DNA of 64,000 nucleotides from an uncultured delta proteobacterium (lineage in GTDB: Bacteria; Desulfobacterota; Binatia; HRBIN30; BPIQ01), in assembly GCA_963761335.1 (NCBI GenBank), contig CAVXGR010000017.1, forward strand, positions 318,093 through 382,092, in the 5' to 3' direction. Of this stretch, positions 9,847 to 18,927 are shown one piece after another. The position numbers were made by a program, and so were the translations under genes. The notes under the pieces are model-generated. The model was not told the origin of the DNA and made no database searches. It was given only the letters and a program-made list of their open reading frames with translations. Each line of letters starts with the position of its first letter. Within the stretch, counting starts at the first letter, position 1.

Positions 9847-10893
9847 ATGAAAGCCTTGGTGTTGGCGCGCTACGGGGACCCCGCGAGCGCCTTCGAGCTG
9901 CGTGAGATGCCGACGCCCGAGCCGGGCGCCGGACAGGTGCGCGTCGCGGTCGAAGCCTTCGGGCTGAACTACGCGGACGTCTCGGCGCGCCAGGGCACCT
10001 ACGCCGACGCCCCGCCGCTGCCGTGCGTCATCGGCTACGACGTCGTCGGCCGTATCGACGCCCTCGGCCCCGGCGTCGACAACCACCGCGTCGGCCAGCG
10101 GGTGACGGCGCTCAGCCGGTTCGGCGGCTATGCTACCAGTGCCATCACCGACGCGCGCGCCGTGGCCGCGATTCCCGACGACATGGACGCGGGCGTGGCT
10201 GCGGCTCTGCCCACACAGGGATGTACGGCGTACTACTGCGCCGAGGAGATGGTGCGGATGTACGAAGGGGACCACGTTCTGGTCCAGGCGGCCGCCGGCG
10301 GCGTGGGCACGTTACTGGTGCAGCTCGCCAAGCGGCGCGGCTGTGTCGTCTACGGGACCGCCGGCTCGGAATCCAAGCTCGACTACCTGCGCGGCATGGG
10401 CGTCGACCATCCCATCAACTACCGGCGGCAGGACTTCGCCGAGGCCGTGCGCGCACTGCGCGGCGACGACGGCCTCGACGTCGTCTTCGACTCGCTCGGC
10501 GGCGCCGCGGTTCGCAAGGGGCTCAAGCTGCTGGCGCCCGGCGGCCGCATCGTCTGCTTCGGTGCCGCGGAGCGCGAGGCGGGGCGCTTCCAGATCCTGC
10601 GCGACATCCAGTTCGCCGCCTCCTTCGGCTTCCCGCACCCGATTCCGCTGCTGATGAGCTCGAAGGGGTTGATCGGGGTGAACATGCTGCGCATCGCCGA
10701 TCACCGGCCCCTGGTGCTGAAGCGCTGTCTCCAGGCCGTGGTCGATCTGGGTCTCAGCGGCGGTATCCGACCCACTGTGGGCGGCCGTTTCCCCGCCGAG
10801 CAGCTGGCCGCGGCGCACGAGTTTCTCGAGAGCCGCCGATCCACGGGAAAGATCGTGGTCACCTGGGACGGACGCGCCGCAGCGTCCGCCTGA
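9847..10893 (+). CDS. MDR-family (VAT-1/quinone oxidoreductase-like) dehydrogenase
   Basis: GLNYAD, FGGYA, VLVQAAAGGVG, STGKIVV motifs; RBS GGGGAGG. Confidence 0.9.
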   Translation: MKALVLARYGDPASAFELREMPTPEPGAGQVRVAVEAFGLNYADVSARQGTYADAPPLPCVIGYDVVGRIDALGPGVDNHRVGQRVTALSRFGGYATSAITDARAVAAIPDDMDAGVAAALPTQGCTAYYCAEEMVRMYEGDHVLVQAAAGGVGTLLVQLAKRRGCVVYGTAGSESKLDYLRGMGVDHPINYRRQDFAEAVRALRGDDGLDVVFDSLGGAAVRKGLKLLAPGGRIVCFGAAEREAGRFQILRDIQFAASFGFPHPIPLLMSSKGLIGVNMLRIADHRPLVLKRCLQAVVDLGLSGGIRPTVGGRFPAEQLAAAHEFLESRRSTGKIVVTWDGRAAASA

Positions 10894-10951
10894 GCCGATC
10901 GCTGAAGGTGACTCCAGGTCACTCGCAGGGGCAGGTGGTGCGGAGACGGCG

Positions 10952-12445
10952 GTGAGCGAGAGAAGCGAGCGAATTCTCGTCTATCTGGCGGCCGCCGCCT
11001 ACGGTCTGACGTTCTGGTATCTGCCGGCGCACGATCCCGACCTCGGCTGGCATCTCGCCGGCGGCGCCTGGATCACGCGGATGCACGAGCTGCCGTCCGC
11101 CGACTTCATCAACAGCTTCAACCCCCGCTGGCACGACTACCACTGGCTGGCGCAGATCGGTCTCTACGCCCTCTACCGGATCGGCAGCTACGAGCTGCTG
11201 CGCGGCGCTCTCGGGGTGCTCATGGCGGTGCTCTCGGTGGTGGTGATGAGCATCATCCTCTCGTGCTCGCGCCGCCGGCCCGCTTCGCTCCTGCACCTGG
11301 CGGCCTTTCTCGGCGCCATGATCCTGGTCGGCAACGTCGCCGCGGTGCGCCCGCAGATGCTCTCGATCCTGCTTCTGGCGCTTGCCCTCCGCCGGCTTTT
11401 GCAGCGGCCGACATGGTGGGAGCTGCCGTACCTCTTCGGGCTCGCGGTGCTGGCGGCCAACGTGCACGTGTACTGGGTGTTCATTCCGACGCTCTGGGCC
11501 TTGTATCGCGCCCTGCCGCGTTTGCTGCGGCGCCGCGCCGCGACCCCGGCATATGCCTGGGGCGGCCTGGCACTGCTCGGCGCCGCCGCCCTGGTCTCAC
11601 CCTACGGGCTGGTGCCTTTCGGGGCGCCGCCGCACGTGTGGTTCATGAACTACGCGCTCATCTGGGATTATCTGACCATGCCGGCGCAGCTGAGCGGGGT
11701 TATCCACGAGTTCAAGAGCGCGCTCGCTGCCGACTTTCCCATTCCGCTGGTGATGGTCGTCTACGTCGCCGTTGCGGCGCGGAGCTTTCGCGGGCGACGG
11801 GCGCTGGCGGATCTGCCGAATGCGGTCGCCGCCGCGCTGAGCGGTGTCCTCGCCCTCCGCGAGCTGAAGTTCATCGCCGTCTTCGGGATCCTGGGACTGC
11901 CCTACTTCGTCCGTCACGCCGCGGTTCCGTGGCAGCGAAAGCTGGTGGAGCGCCTGCCGTGGCTGCGGATTGCGCAGCCGGTTCTGGTGCTCGTGCTGCT
12001 CGGCGGCTCGCTGGCGCACGCCGCCCGGCACTTTCCGTGGACCGCGCCGAACAACGTCTATCTCCTCGAGATGCAGCCGATCGAGGCCTGCCGGCGCATC
12101 GCCTCGCTCGACCTGCCACCGCCGAAGCACGGGCACTACCGGGTGCTGACGCACTTCAATCACGGCGGCTGGTGTCGCTTCGAGATCTACGAGCAGAATC
12201 CGGATGCCGACTTCCGAGTCACCACCGACGGGCGCACCCAGGGGGTTCCGCCGGAACATTTCCTCCTGGGCTTCGATCTGTACAACATGCAGAACGATGC
12301 CTTGCAGACCCTGAAGCGCTGGGACCCGGACGTTATCGTGGTACCGGTCTCGAAGGCCTTGGCGAAGTTCCTGGCGCTGGCGCCGGCGGAGTATCGGTTG
12401 GTCTATCACGACGCCAACTTCGCAGTCTTCGTGCCCACGCACTGA
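10952..12445 (+). CDS. Polytopic membrane protein, putative GT-C fold glycosyltransferase
   Basis: DPDLGWHL...WHDYHWL first loop, RPQ, ANVH motifs, about 11 TM helices, soluble C-terminal domain with DGR. Confidence 0.65.
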   Translation: MSERSERILVYLAAAAYGLTFWYLPAHDPDLGWHLAGGAWITRMHELPSADFINSFNPRWHDYHWLAQIGLYALYRIGSYELLRGALGVLMAVLSVVVMSIILSCSRRRPASLLHLAAFLGAMILVGNVAAVRPQMLSILLLALALRRLLQRPTWWELPYLFGLAVLAANVHVYWVFIPTLWALYRALPRLLRRRAATPAYAWGGLALLGAAALVSPYGLVPFGAPPHVWFMNYALIWDYLTMPAQLSGVIHEFKSALAADFPIPLVMVVYVAVAARSFRGRRALADLPNAVAAALSGVLALRELKFIAVFGILGLPYFVRHAAVPWQRKLVERLPWLRIAQPVLVLVLLGGSLAHAARHFPWTAPNNVYLLEMQPIEACRRIASLDLPPPKHGHYRVLTHFNHGGWCRFEIYEQNPDADFRVTTDGRTQGVPPEHFLLGFDLYNMQNDALQTLKRWDPDVIVVPVSKALAKFLALAPAEYRLVYHDANFAVFVPTH

Positions 12446-12481
12446 CGCCGGGGCCGGCTGCGCTGCCCGCTGCGGTGGCCG

Positions 12482-13144
12482 TCAACCGTCGATCGATATA
12501 TCCGCGAGGACCTCGAAGCGGTCGATGACGAATCGCGGCTGTAGGGCGCGCAGGCTTTCGGCCGTGTGCATGCCGTAGGTGACGGCACAGGTGGCCACGC
12601 CGGCGGCATGGCCCATCTGTACGTCGAAGCTGGTGTCGCCGACCATCAAGGTGCGGCTCGCCTCTGCGGGGAACTGCCGCCGCGCCAGGTGCACCATCTC
12701 GGGGTGCGGCTTGCCGCGGACGACACAGTCGCCGCCCAGCACCCCGTCGATGAGGTCGTCGATGCCACAGTGGCGCACGATATCCATGGCCGTCGCGCGC
12801 CCCTTGCTGGTCGCCACGACCAGCTTGGCTTGCGCCTTCCGCAGTCGCGCCAGGGTCGACCTGACGCCGCTGTAGAGGCGAAAGCGGCGGACGAAGTCGG
12901 GCGCGTCGGCGCACTGGCGGTAGCGCGCGCACAGAGCCGTGATCGCGGCTGGGTTCGCCGCCGCGGCGGCTGCGCGGAAGACCTCCTCGAGCGGCAGGCC
13001 GATCTGCGCGGCAATGAGGCGCTCGTCTGCGTCCGGCCAACCCAGGGCGCGCAGCGTGTCGTTGACCAAGGCGACGAGAATCGCCTGGCTGTCGACCAGA
13101 GTCCCGTCCATGTCGAGGAGCAAAAGATCGAAGCGCGCGCCCAT
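12482..13144 (-). CDS. HAD-family hydrolase (phosphoglycolate phosphatase-like)
   Basis: DMDGTLVDS, ATSK, KPHP, MVGD motifs. Confidence 0.9.
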   Translation of the reverse strand: MGARFDLLLLDMDGTLVDSQAILVALVNDTLRALGWPDADERLIAAQIGLPLEEVFRAAAAAANPAAITALCARYRQCADAPDFVRRFRLYSGVRSTLARLRKAQAKLVVATSKGRATAMDIVRHCGIDDLIDGVLGGDCVVRGKPHPEMVHLARRQFPAEASRTLMVGDTSFDVQMGHAAGVATCAVTYGMHTAESLRALQPRFVIDRFEVLADISIDG

Positions 13145-13235
13145 GGCGGTCTCTAGCAGCAGAGCCGGGCCCGGCTCAAGCCGCGGCTGGGTTGGGTGGA
13201 GCGTCGATTTGATTCCGACGCACGGGCACCAGGTT

Positions 13236-13377
13236 CCTCTCCCCGCATTCCTCCGCGGGGAGAGGTCAGGTGAGGGGTCCCTTTCTATTCACTGAAAGCT
13301 CGTCGCTATCCACGCACCTTCAAAGAAGGTCGGCACCCTCACCCCTGCCCCTCTCCCGCAGGCAATGCGGGAGAGGG
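13236..13377. repeat. Inverted pair of CCTCTCCC...GGGAGAGG REP-like units
   Basis: CCTCTCCCCGC..GCGGGGAGAGGTCAGGTGAGGGG facing CCCTCACCCCTGCCCCTCTCCCGC..GCGGGAGAGGG; single relative at about 55825-55856. Confidence 0.75.
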
Positions 13378-13474
13378 CGACGTCAAAGGGCCCAAATGAA
13401 TTGGTACACTAACCTCGGTTATCGTTGCCCCGAGGTGAAATTGGGGCCAAGCTTGCGGCCAGGAGAATGTTCCG

Positions 13475-14398
13475 ATGACCTCATCCGCGACACTGCCGTC
13501 CAACGACTGGCCGGAGCTTCCTCTCGACGCCTGGAGCGAGACCTATGCGACCTTGCACATGTGGACGCAGATCGTCGGCAAGGTTCGTCTGGTGCAGACT
13601 CCACCGATCAATCACTCCTGGCACGTCGCGCTCTACGTGACCGCCCGAGGGCTGACCACCTCGCCGATCCCGCACGGCACGCGGACCTTCGAGGTGCACT
13701 TCGACTTCATCGCTCATCGGATCGCGGTCGAGTCGAACGACGGCGGCATCGGCGGCTTTGCGCTGCAGGCGCAATCGGTAGCGGCCTTCTACCGGCGTTT
13801 GATGCAGGAGATGAACGCGCTCGGCCTGCACGTCGACATCTACGGGCAACCGAACGAGGTGCCCGACCCGATCCGCTTCGACGAGGACGAGACGCACCGA
13901 GCCTACGATTCGGAGTACGCCAATCGATTCTGGCGGGCGATGGTGCAGGCGGACCGGGTGTTCAAGGCATTTCGCGGGCGCTTCATCGGCAAGTGCAGCC
14001 CCGTGCATTTCTTCTGGGGGGCTCCGGATCTCGCCGTCACGCGCTTCTCCGGGCGGCGCGCGCCCGAGCACCCGGGGGGCATCCCGCACCTCCCGGATCG
14101 GGTGACCCGCGAGGCGTACTCGCATGAGGTCAGCAGCTGCGGCTTCTGGCCCGGCGGCGGTCCGATTCCATACGCGGCCTTTTATTCCTACGCCTACCCG
14201 GAGCCCGCGGGCTTCGCGCAGGCAAAGATTCGACCCGCCGCGGCGTTCTACAGCGGCGACCTGCACGAGTTCATCCTGCCGTACGACGCCGTCCGCCAGT
14301 CCGCTTCTCCCGACGCCACGCTCCTCGAGTTCCTGCAGTCGACCTACGAGGCCGCGGCGACGCTGGGCAATTGGGACCGCGGCGCCCTGGAGAGGTAG
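13475..14398 (+). CDS. DUF5996 family protein
   Basis: WPELP..W..TYATLHMWTQIVGK, HSWHV.LYVTARGLTT, PVHFFWG..DLAVTRFSGR, EAYSHE..S.GFWPG. Confidence 0.85.
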   Translation: MTSSATLPSNDWPELPLDAWSETYATLHMWTQIVGKVRLVQTPPINHSWHVALYVTARGLTTSPIPHGTRTFEVHFDFIAHRIAVESNDGGIGGFALQAQSVAAFYRRLMQEMNALGLHVDIYGQPNEVPDPIRFDEDETHRAYDSEYANRFWRAMVQADRVFKAFRGRFIGKCSPVHFFWGAPDLAVTRFSGRRAPEHPGGIPHLPDRVTREAYSHEVSSCGFWPGGGPIPYAAFYSYAYPEPAGFAQAKIRPAAAFYSGDLHEFILPYDAVRQSASPDATLLEFLQSTYEAAATLGNWDRGALER

Positions 14399-14440
14399 TC
14401 GAGGGAGCCGACGGCGCCATGCCGGCGACGGTGATCGCTA

Positions 14441-14860
14441 GTGGGGGATTTTGAAATGAAACGCGGTCAACTTCGATCCACCACAACCCCCGCTTCGTTG
14501 AGCTGAACCAGACTTCCCCAGGTTGCGTCTGTGGCCGGGAGCGAGGAGATCATTCGCCCCGGAGGGGCGCGGGCGTGTAGCCCCGGGTCTCTGACCCGGG
14601 GATCCCGAAGTCGACGTCCGTCGGCGCCCCGCCATGGGGCGCGGGCGCGGTTTTGACACAGGTCTCTGCATCCGGGCTTGCACGCCTGCGCCCCTGGCGG
14701 GGCGCATCGGGGAAGGCGGACCCGAAATCCCCGGGTCTCCGACCCGGGGCTACATGCCTGCGCCGGCTCCGCGGCGCGATCCCCCAGCCCAAATTGGGTC
14801 GTGGTGGATTTGTTGGTAAGGGGATCTTGAAACGAAACGCGGTTGATCTCAAGATCCACC
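14441..14860. repeat. Composite intergenic repeat: inverted GTAG-REP pair inside imperfect direct repeats
   Basis: GTAGCCCCGGGT..ACCCGGGG (14577-14601) and CCCCGGGT..ACCCGGGGCTAC (14729-14753); flanks GGGATTTTGAAATGAAACGCGGT..GATCCACC and GGGATCTTGAAACGAAACGCGGT..GATCCACC. Confidence 0.75.
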
Positions 14861-14964
14861 CGATGACGTGAGCCAGGCCGAACATGCCGTTCCACGCGAC
14901 GCGCGAAAGGATACGCGTGTGTGAACGCCAAGGCGTTGGGCAGCAGGAAGGTAGTGTTGCGCTT

Positions 14965-15957
14965 ATGCGTGTGCTGGTTACGGGAAGCGCCGGACATCTC
15001 GGCGAGGGTCTCGTCCGGACTCTTCGAGACCGCCACCACGAGGTCGTGGGGATTGACCTTCTCGATTCACCCTTCACGACCCACATCGGCTCCGTGTCCG
15101 ATCAGGATTTCGTTCGAAGTTGCACTCGCGGCGTCGATTGGGTCATCCATGCGGCGACACTCCACAAGCCCCACATGGCAACGCATTCCCAGACCGCGTT
15201 CGTCGAGACCAACATCGTAGGAACGCTCTGTGTGCTTGAAGCAGCGGTTCGAGAGGGCGTCTCCGGAGTCGTCTTCAGCAGCACCACGAGCACATTCGGA
15301 GCCGCGCTCGGACCTGCGGACGGACAGCCCGCCGTCTGGGTCACCGAGGACACGGGCTGCATTCCCAAGAACATCTACGGGACTACGAAGAAGGCCGCCG
15401 AGGATCTTTGCGAGCTGCTTTCCCGATCGAAGGACTTGCCGTGTGTCATCTTGCGAACGGCGCGGTTCTTCCCCGAAGCGGACGACGATCGGGACTTGCG
15501 GCAGCGGTACGATGATCTCAATCTCAAGGTCAACGAGTATCTCTATCGACGGCTCGATCTGGCCGACGCCGTCGAGGCCCACATCCTCGCTGCTGAAAAG
15601 GCTAAGGCTCTCGGATTCGCGCGCTATATACTCAGCGCAACGAGTCCGTTCCAGCCAGAACATCTGGCCTTGCTTCGCACAGATGCCCCGGGGCTGGTTC
15701 GCCGCGTGTGTCCCGACTACGAGAATGTCTACCGGGAACGGGGCTGGACGATGCTCCCGACCGTCGACCGCGTCTACGTGAATCGCCGGGCAAGAGATGA
15801 GCTTGGCTGGAAACCGCGCTTCGACTTCGGGCGTGCCATTACTTCGCTGCGGCACGGCAACGACGTATTCAGCCCACTCGCAAGAGTGGTCGGAAGTAAG
15901 GGCTATCACGCACAGACCTTCGAAGAAGGCCCGTATCCGGTCGAGAGGAGGGGGTAG
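14965..15957 (+). CDS. NAD-dependent epimerase/dehydratase (extended SDR)
   Basis: VLVTGSAGHLG, HAATLHKPH, YGTTK motifs. Confidence 0.9.
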   Translation: MRVLVTGSAGHLGEGLVRTLRDRHHEVVGIDLLDSPFTTHIGSVSDQDFVRSCTRGVDWVIHAATLHKPHMATHSQTAFVETNIVGTLCVLEAAVREGVSGVVFSSTTSTFGAALGPADGQPAVWVTEDTGCIPKNIYGTTKKAAEDLCELLSRSKDLPCVILRTARFFPEADDDRDLRQRYDDLNLKVNEYLYRRLDLADAVEAHILAAEKAKALGFARYILSATSPFQPEHLALLRTDAPGLVRRVCPDYENVYRERGWTMLPTVDRVYVNRRARDELGWKPRFDFGRAITSLRHGNDVFSPLARVVGSKGYHAQTFEEGPYPVERRG

Positions 15958-16020
15958 TTGGTGCCTGCTGCCCTGACCGGGACGCTGGAGAGACAATCGA
16001 GGCCGACGGCACCGCGCCGG

Positions 16021-17235
16021 TCATTGCGGGTCGGTGCGGGTGGGATGGCGGTCGCGGCGACGGGTGCCGCCGCGACCGATGGCGTCGTTTCCGAAGCGGT
16101 CGGTGATTGCGTCGAGGGCGCGGTTGAGGGCGGCTCGCCGTTGCAGCTCCGCCGGTGGAAACAGCGGCAGCTGGGCCGTCGCGGCGCGCTCGATGCCGCT
16201 CACCGAGACGCCGATCAGGCGAACGGTCTTGCCGGCCTGCACCGCGTCCCAGAGCGCCAGCGCCGTCCGGGCAATCGTCGTGGTGTCGTCGGTGGCGGGC
16301 TTCAGTGAAGTGCTGCGGGTCAGGATGGGGTACTTCCCGGGTCGCAGGCGCTGCGCCAGCTTGATCTTCAGGGTCACCGTGCGGCCGCGGCTGCCGTCAG
16401 CACGCAGGCGACGAGCGACCGTCTGCGCGTGCTCGACGATGGCGTCGCGGACGACCTCGCCGTCGCGCAAGTCGTGCTCGAAGGTCGATTCCTCGCCGTA
16501 CGATTTCCGGTGCCCACTGGAATCCACGAGGCGCGCGTCCCGCCCCCGCGCCAGCTCGCGGAGCGCCAATCCGAAGTGACCGACAGAACGCTCGAGGGCG
16601 GCGGGATCGGCGTCGGCGAGATCGCCGACGGTGACGATGCCGAGCCCGGCCAGCGCCTCGTGGGTCACCGGTCCCACTCCCCAGAGCTGGCTCACCGGGA
16701 GCGGTCGCAGGAACGAGTCGACGTCGCCGGGCCTGACCTCGAGGAGCCCGTCGGGCTTGCAGGCGGTGCTGGCGATCTTGGCCACCATCTTGGTCGGGCC
16801 GATGCCGACGGAAACGGTGAGACCGGTCACCTCGCGGACCCGATCCTTGAGCCGCGCGCCGATCGCCCTCGGCTCCCCCAGCAGGCGCAGCGAGCCGCTG
16901 ATGTCGAGGAAGGCCTCGTCCAGAGAGAGCGGCTCGACCAGCGGCGTGATCTCCTCGAAGAGACGGCGGATCTGCTTGGCGATGGCGGCATAGGTGGACA
17001 TGCGCCCGGGCACGAAGATGCCGTGCGGGCAGAGCCGCCGCGCCTGCACCGTCGGCATTGCCGAGTGCACTCCGTAGACGCGCGCCTCGTAGGACGCCGT
17101 CATCACCACGCCGCGATTGCTCCTGCCACCGACGATGACGGGCTTGTCGCGCAGCTCCGGGTGATCGCGTTGCTCCACGGCGGCGTAGAAGGCGTCCATG
17201 TCGGCGTGCATGATCGTGGACGGGGTCGCGGCCAT
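16021..17235 (-). CDS. dinB: DNA polymerase IV (Y family)
   Basis: HADMDAFYAAVE, ASYEAR, SLDEAFLD, KIAS...KPDG, VRLIGV; C-terminal QLPLF clamp-binding-like motif. Confidence 0.95.
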   Translation of the reverse strand: MAATPSTIMHADMDAFYAAVEQRDHPELRDKPVIVGGRSNRGVVMTASYEARVYGVHSAMPTVQARRLCPHGIFVPGRMSTYAAIAKQIRRLFEEITPLVEPLSLDEAFLDISGSLRLLGEPRAIGARLKDRVREVTGLTVSVGIGPTKMVAKIASTACKPDGLLEVRPGDVDSFLRPLPVSQLWGVGPVTHEALAGLGIVTVGDLADADPAALERSVGHFGLALRELARGRDARLVDSSGHRKSYGEESTFEHDLRDGEVVRDAIVEHAQTVARRLRADGSRGRTVTLKIKLAQRLRPGKYPILTRSTSLKPATDDTTTIARTALALWDAVQAGKTVRLIGVSVSGIERAATAQLPLFPPAELQRRAALNRALDAITDRFGNDAIGRGGTRRRDRHPTRTDPQ

Positions 17236-17288
17236 CGGCGCGATTCTCGCACGGGAGCGCCGGCGCTGCTACATTCTGCGCGAGGAAG

Positions 17289-18689
17289 ATGGCGGAGAAA
17301 AAGAAAGGCGCGATTCCCAAGGGGAGCACCGCGGATGCGGCGGCGGCGAGCTTGCCGGCGGCGGCGCGGCCGGTGCTGGCGGCGATTGCGGCTGGCAAGG
17401 TCAAGCCGGTCTATCTGGTCTTCGGCGAGTCCTTTCTCGTCGGCGCCGTCGCCCAGGCGCTGATCGAGGCACTGGTGCCCGCCGAGCGGCGCAGCTTCAA
17501 TCTCGAGGTCTACGACGGGCGGGCGACGCCGCTGGTCACCATTCTCGACAGCGCCCGCACGGCGGGGCTCTTCGCCGGCACCAAGGTGATCTGGGTGCGC
17601 GAGGCGCCGATGCTGCAATCGAGCGAGAAGCGCAGCGATACGCTCAAGGCGATCGTCGACGGTGTTGCCGACGGTCGCATGGAAGGAGCCGGCTCGCGGT
17701 TGCTGGCGCTGATCGCCGCCGCCGGCTGGTCGCAGGAGGACTTCGAATCGCGGCGCATCAGCGAGATGCCGGCGAGCCGTCGCGCCCAGGCCTTCGGCGA
17801 GGGAGCCGACGATGCGGCTCTGGCCGCCCTCGACGAGGTGCAGGCGTGGGCCAAGGATCGCGGCATGCAGGTGTCGGCCGCCGCCGACCCCGGCGAGGAG
17901 ATGCTGGCGCGCCTCGAGGCGGGCCTGCCGGGAGTCGTGATGCTGTTCACCGCCGAGAGCGTTGACAGCCGCAAGCGCCTGGTGAAGCGGCTGAAGGATC
18001 TCGGCGAGCTGCTGCCGCTCTCGGTGGAGCGCGAGCGCAGTGGCGCGCTCAAGGCGGAGAGTGCCGCGGCGATCATCGATCGCATCGTCGCCGAGCACGG
18101 CAAGTCGCTCACCGCTGCGGCCCGTAGCCGTCTCATGCGGCGTGTCGGCGGCGATGCCGCGGCGCTGTCGAACGAGGTCGAGAAGCTCTGCCTGTTCGCC
18201 GCCGGCGATGCCATCCAGCCGGCGGAGGTCGACGCCGTGGTGCGCGACCTCGGCGACGCCTGGATCTTCGACTTCACCGACGCCCTCGGCAACCGCGACC
18301 TGGGACGCGCCCTTCAGGTGTTGCGCGGTCTTCTCGCCGGAGGCGACCACCCGCTGCGCATCCTGGCGACGCTGCACTCGCAGATCCGCTTGCTCCTCAT
18401 CCTGCGCGAGTGCCTCGACGGTCCCTGGCGGCAGGCGTGGCGCCCCGGGACGCGCGCCGATGCGTTCACGCGCACCTTGCTGCCGGCGCTCTCCGACGAG
18501 GAGCGCGCCGACATCGGCAACATGCATCCCTACCGCTTGTCGCTGACCACCGGCTACGCCGCCAAGCTGCCGGCCGCGCGGCTCCGCTGGGCTCTGGCGC
18601 AGCTCGCGGACATCGACGGCCGCCTGAAATCGTCGCGCGGCGACCCGGCGGTGCTGCTGGAGAAGTTCGTCATCGACTACACGACGTGA
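17289..18689 (+). CDS. holA: DNA polymerase III delta subunit
   Basis: PVYLVFGESFL, FNLEVYDG, GLFA, NEVEKL.LF, IFDFTDAL, D.RLKSS motifs; longer than typical. Confidence 0.82.
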   Translation: MAEKKKGAIPKGSTADAAAASLPAAARPVLAAIAAGKVKPVYLVFGESFLVGAVAQALIEALVPAERRSFNLEVYDGRATPLVTILDSARTAGLFAGTKVIWVREAPMLQSSEKRSDTLKAIVDGVADGRMEGAGSRLLALIAAAGWSQEDFESRRISEMPASRRAQAFGEGADDAALAALDEVQAWAKDRGMQVSAAADPGEEMLARLEAGLPGVVMLFTAESVDSRKRLVKRLKDLGELLPLSVERERSGALKAESAAAIIDRIVAEHGKSLTAAARSRLMRRVGGDAAALSNEVEKLCLFAAGDAIQPAEVDAVVRDLGDAWIFDFTDALGNRDLGRALQVLRGLLAGGDHPLRILATLHSQIRLLLILRECLDGPWRQAWRPGTRADAFTRTLLPALSDEERADIGNMHPYRLSLTTGYAAKLPAARLRWALAQLADIDGRLKSSRGDPAVLLEKFVIDYTT

Positions 18690-18692
18690 GAG

Positions 18693-18924
18693 AGGCAGGT
18701 TGTTAGGTTGTTGGTTGTTAGGTTGTTGGTTGTTAGGTTGTTGGTTGTTAGGTTGTTGGTTGTTAGGTCTGACAACGACAACCTCGCAACTCAACAACTC
18801 AACAACTCAACAACTCAACAACTCAACAACTCAACAACCTAACAACCTAACAACCTAACAACCTAACAACCTAACAACCTAACAACCTAACAACCTAACA
18901 ACGCAACAACCTAACAACCTGCCT
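18693..18924. repeat. Palindromic short tandem repeat array (15-mer and 8-mers) with 20-bp terminal inverted repeat
   Basis: (GGTTGTTAGGTTGTT)x4.5; (CAACTCAA)x6; (CAACCTAA)x8 + variant + 1; termini AGGCAGGTTGTTAGGTTGTT / AACAACCTAACAACCTGCCT. Confidence 0.95.
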
Positions 18925-18927
18925 TCT

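Noticed and set aside
17103..18797. 564-aa minus-strand ORF starting with PNNQQ repeats
   Set aside because: Antisense shadow of holA; the peptide repeat is just the translated 15-mer DNA repeat
18693..18924. Possible CRISPR array
   Set aside because: Contiguous short tandem units with no unique spacers and no cas genes in the window
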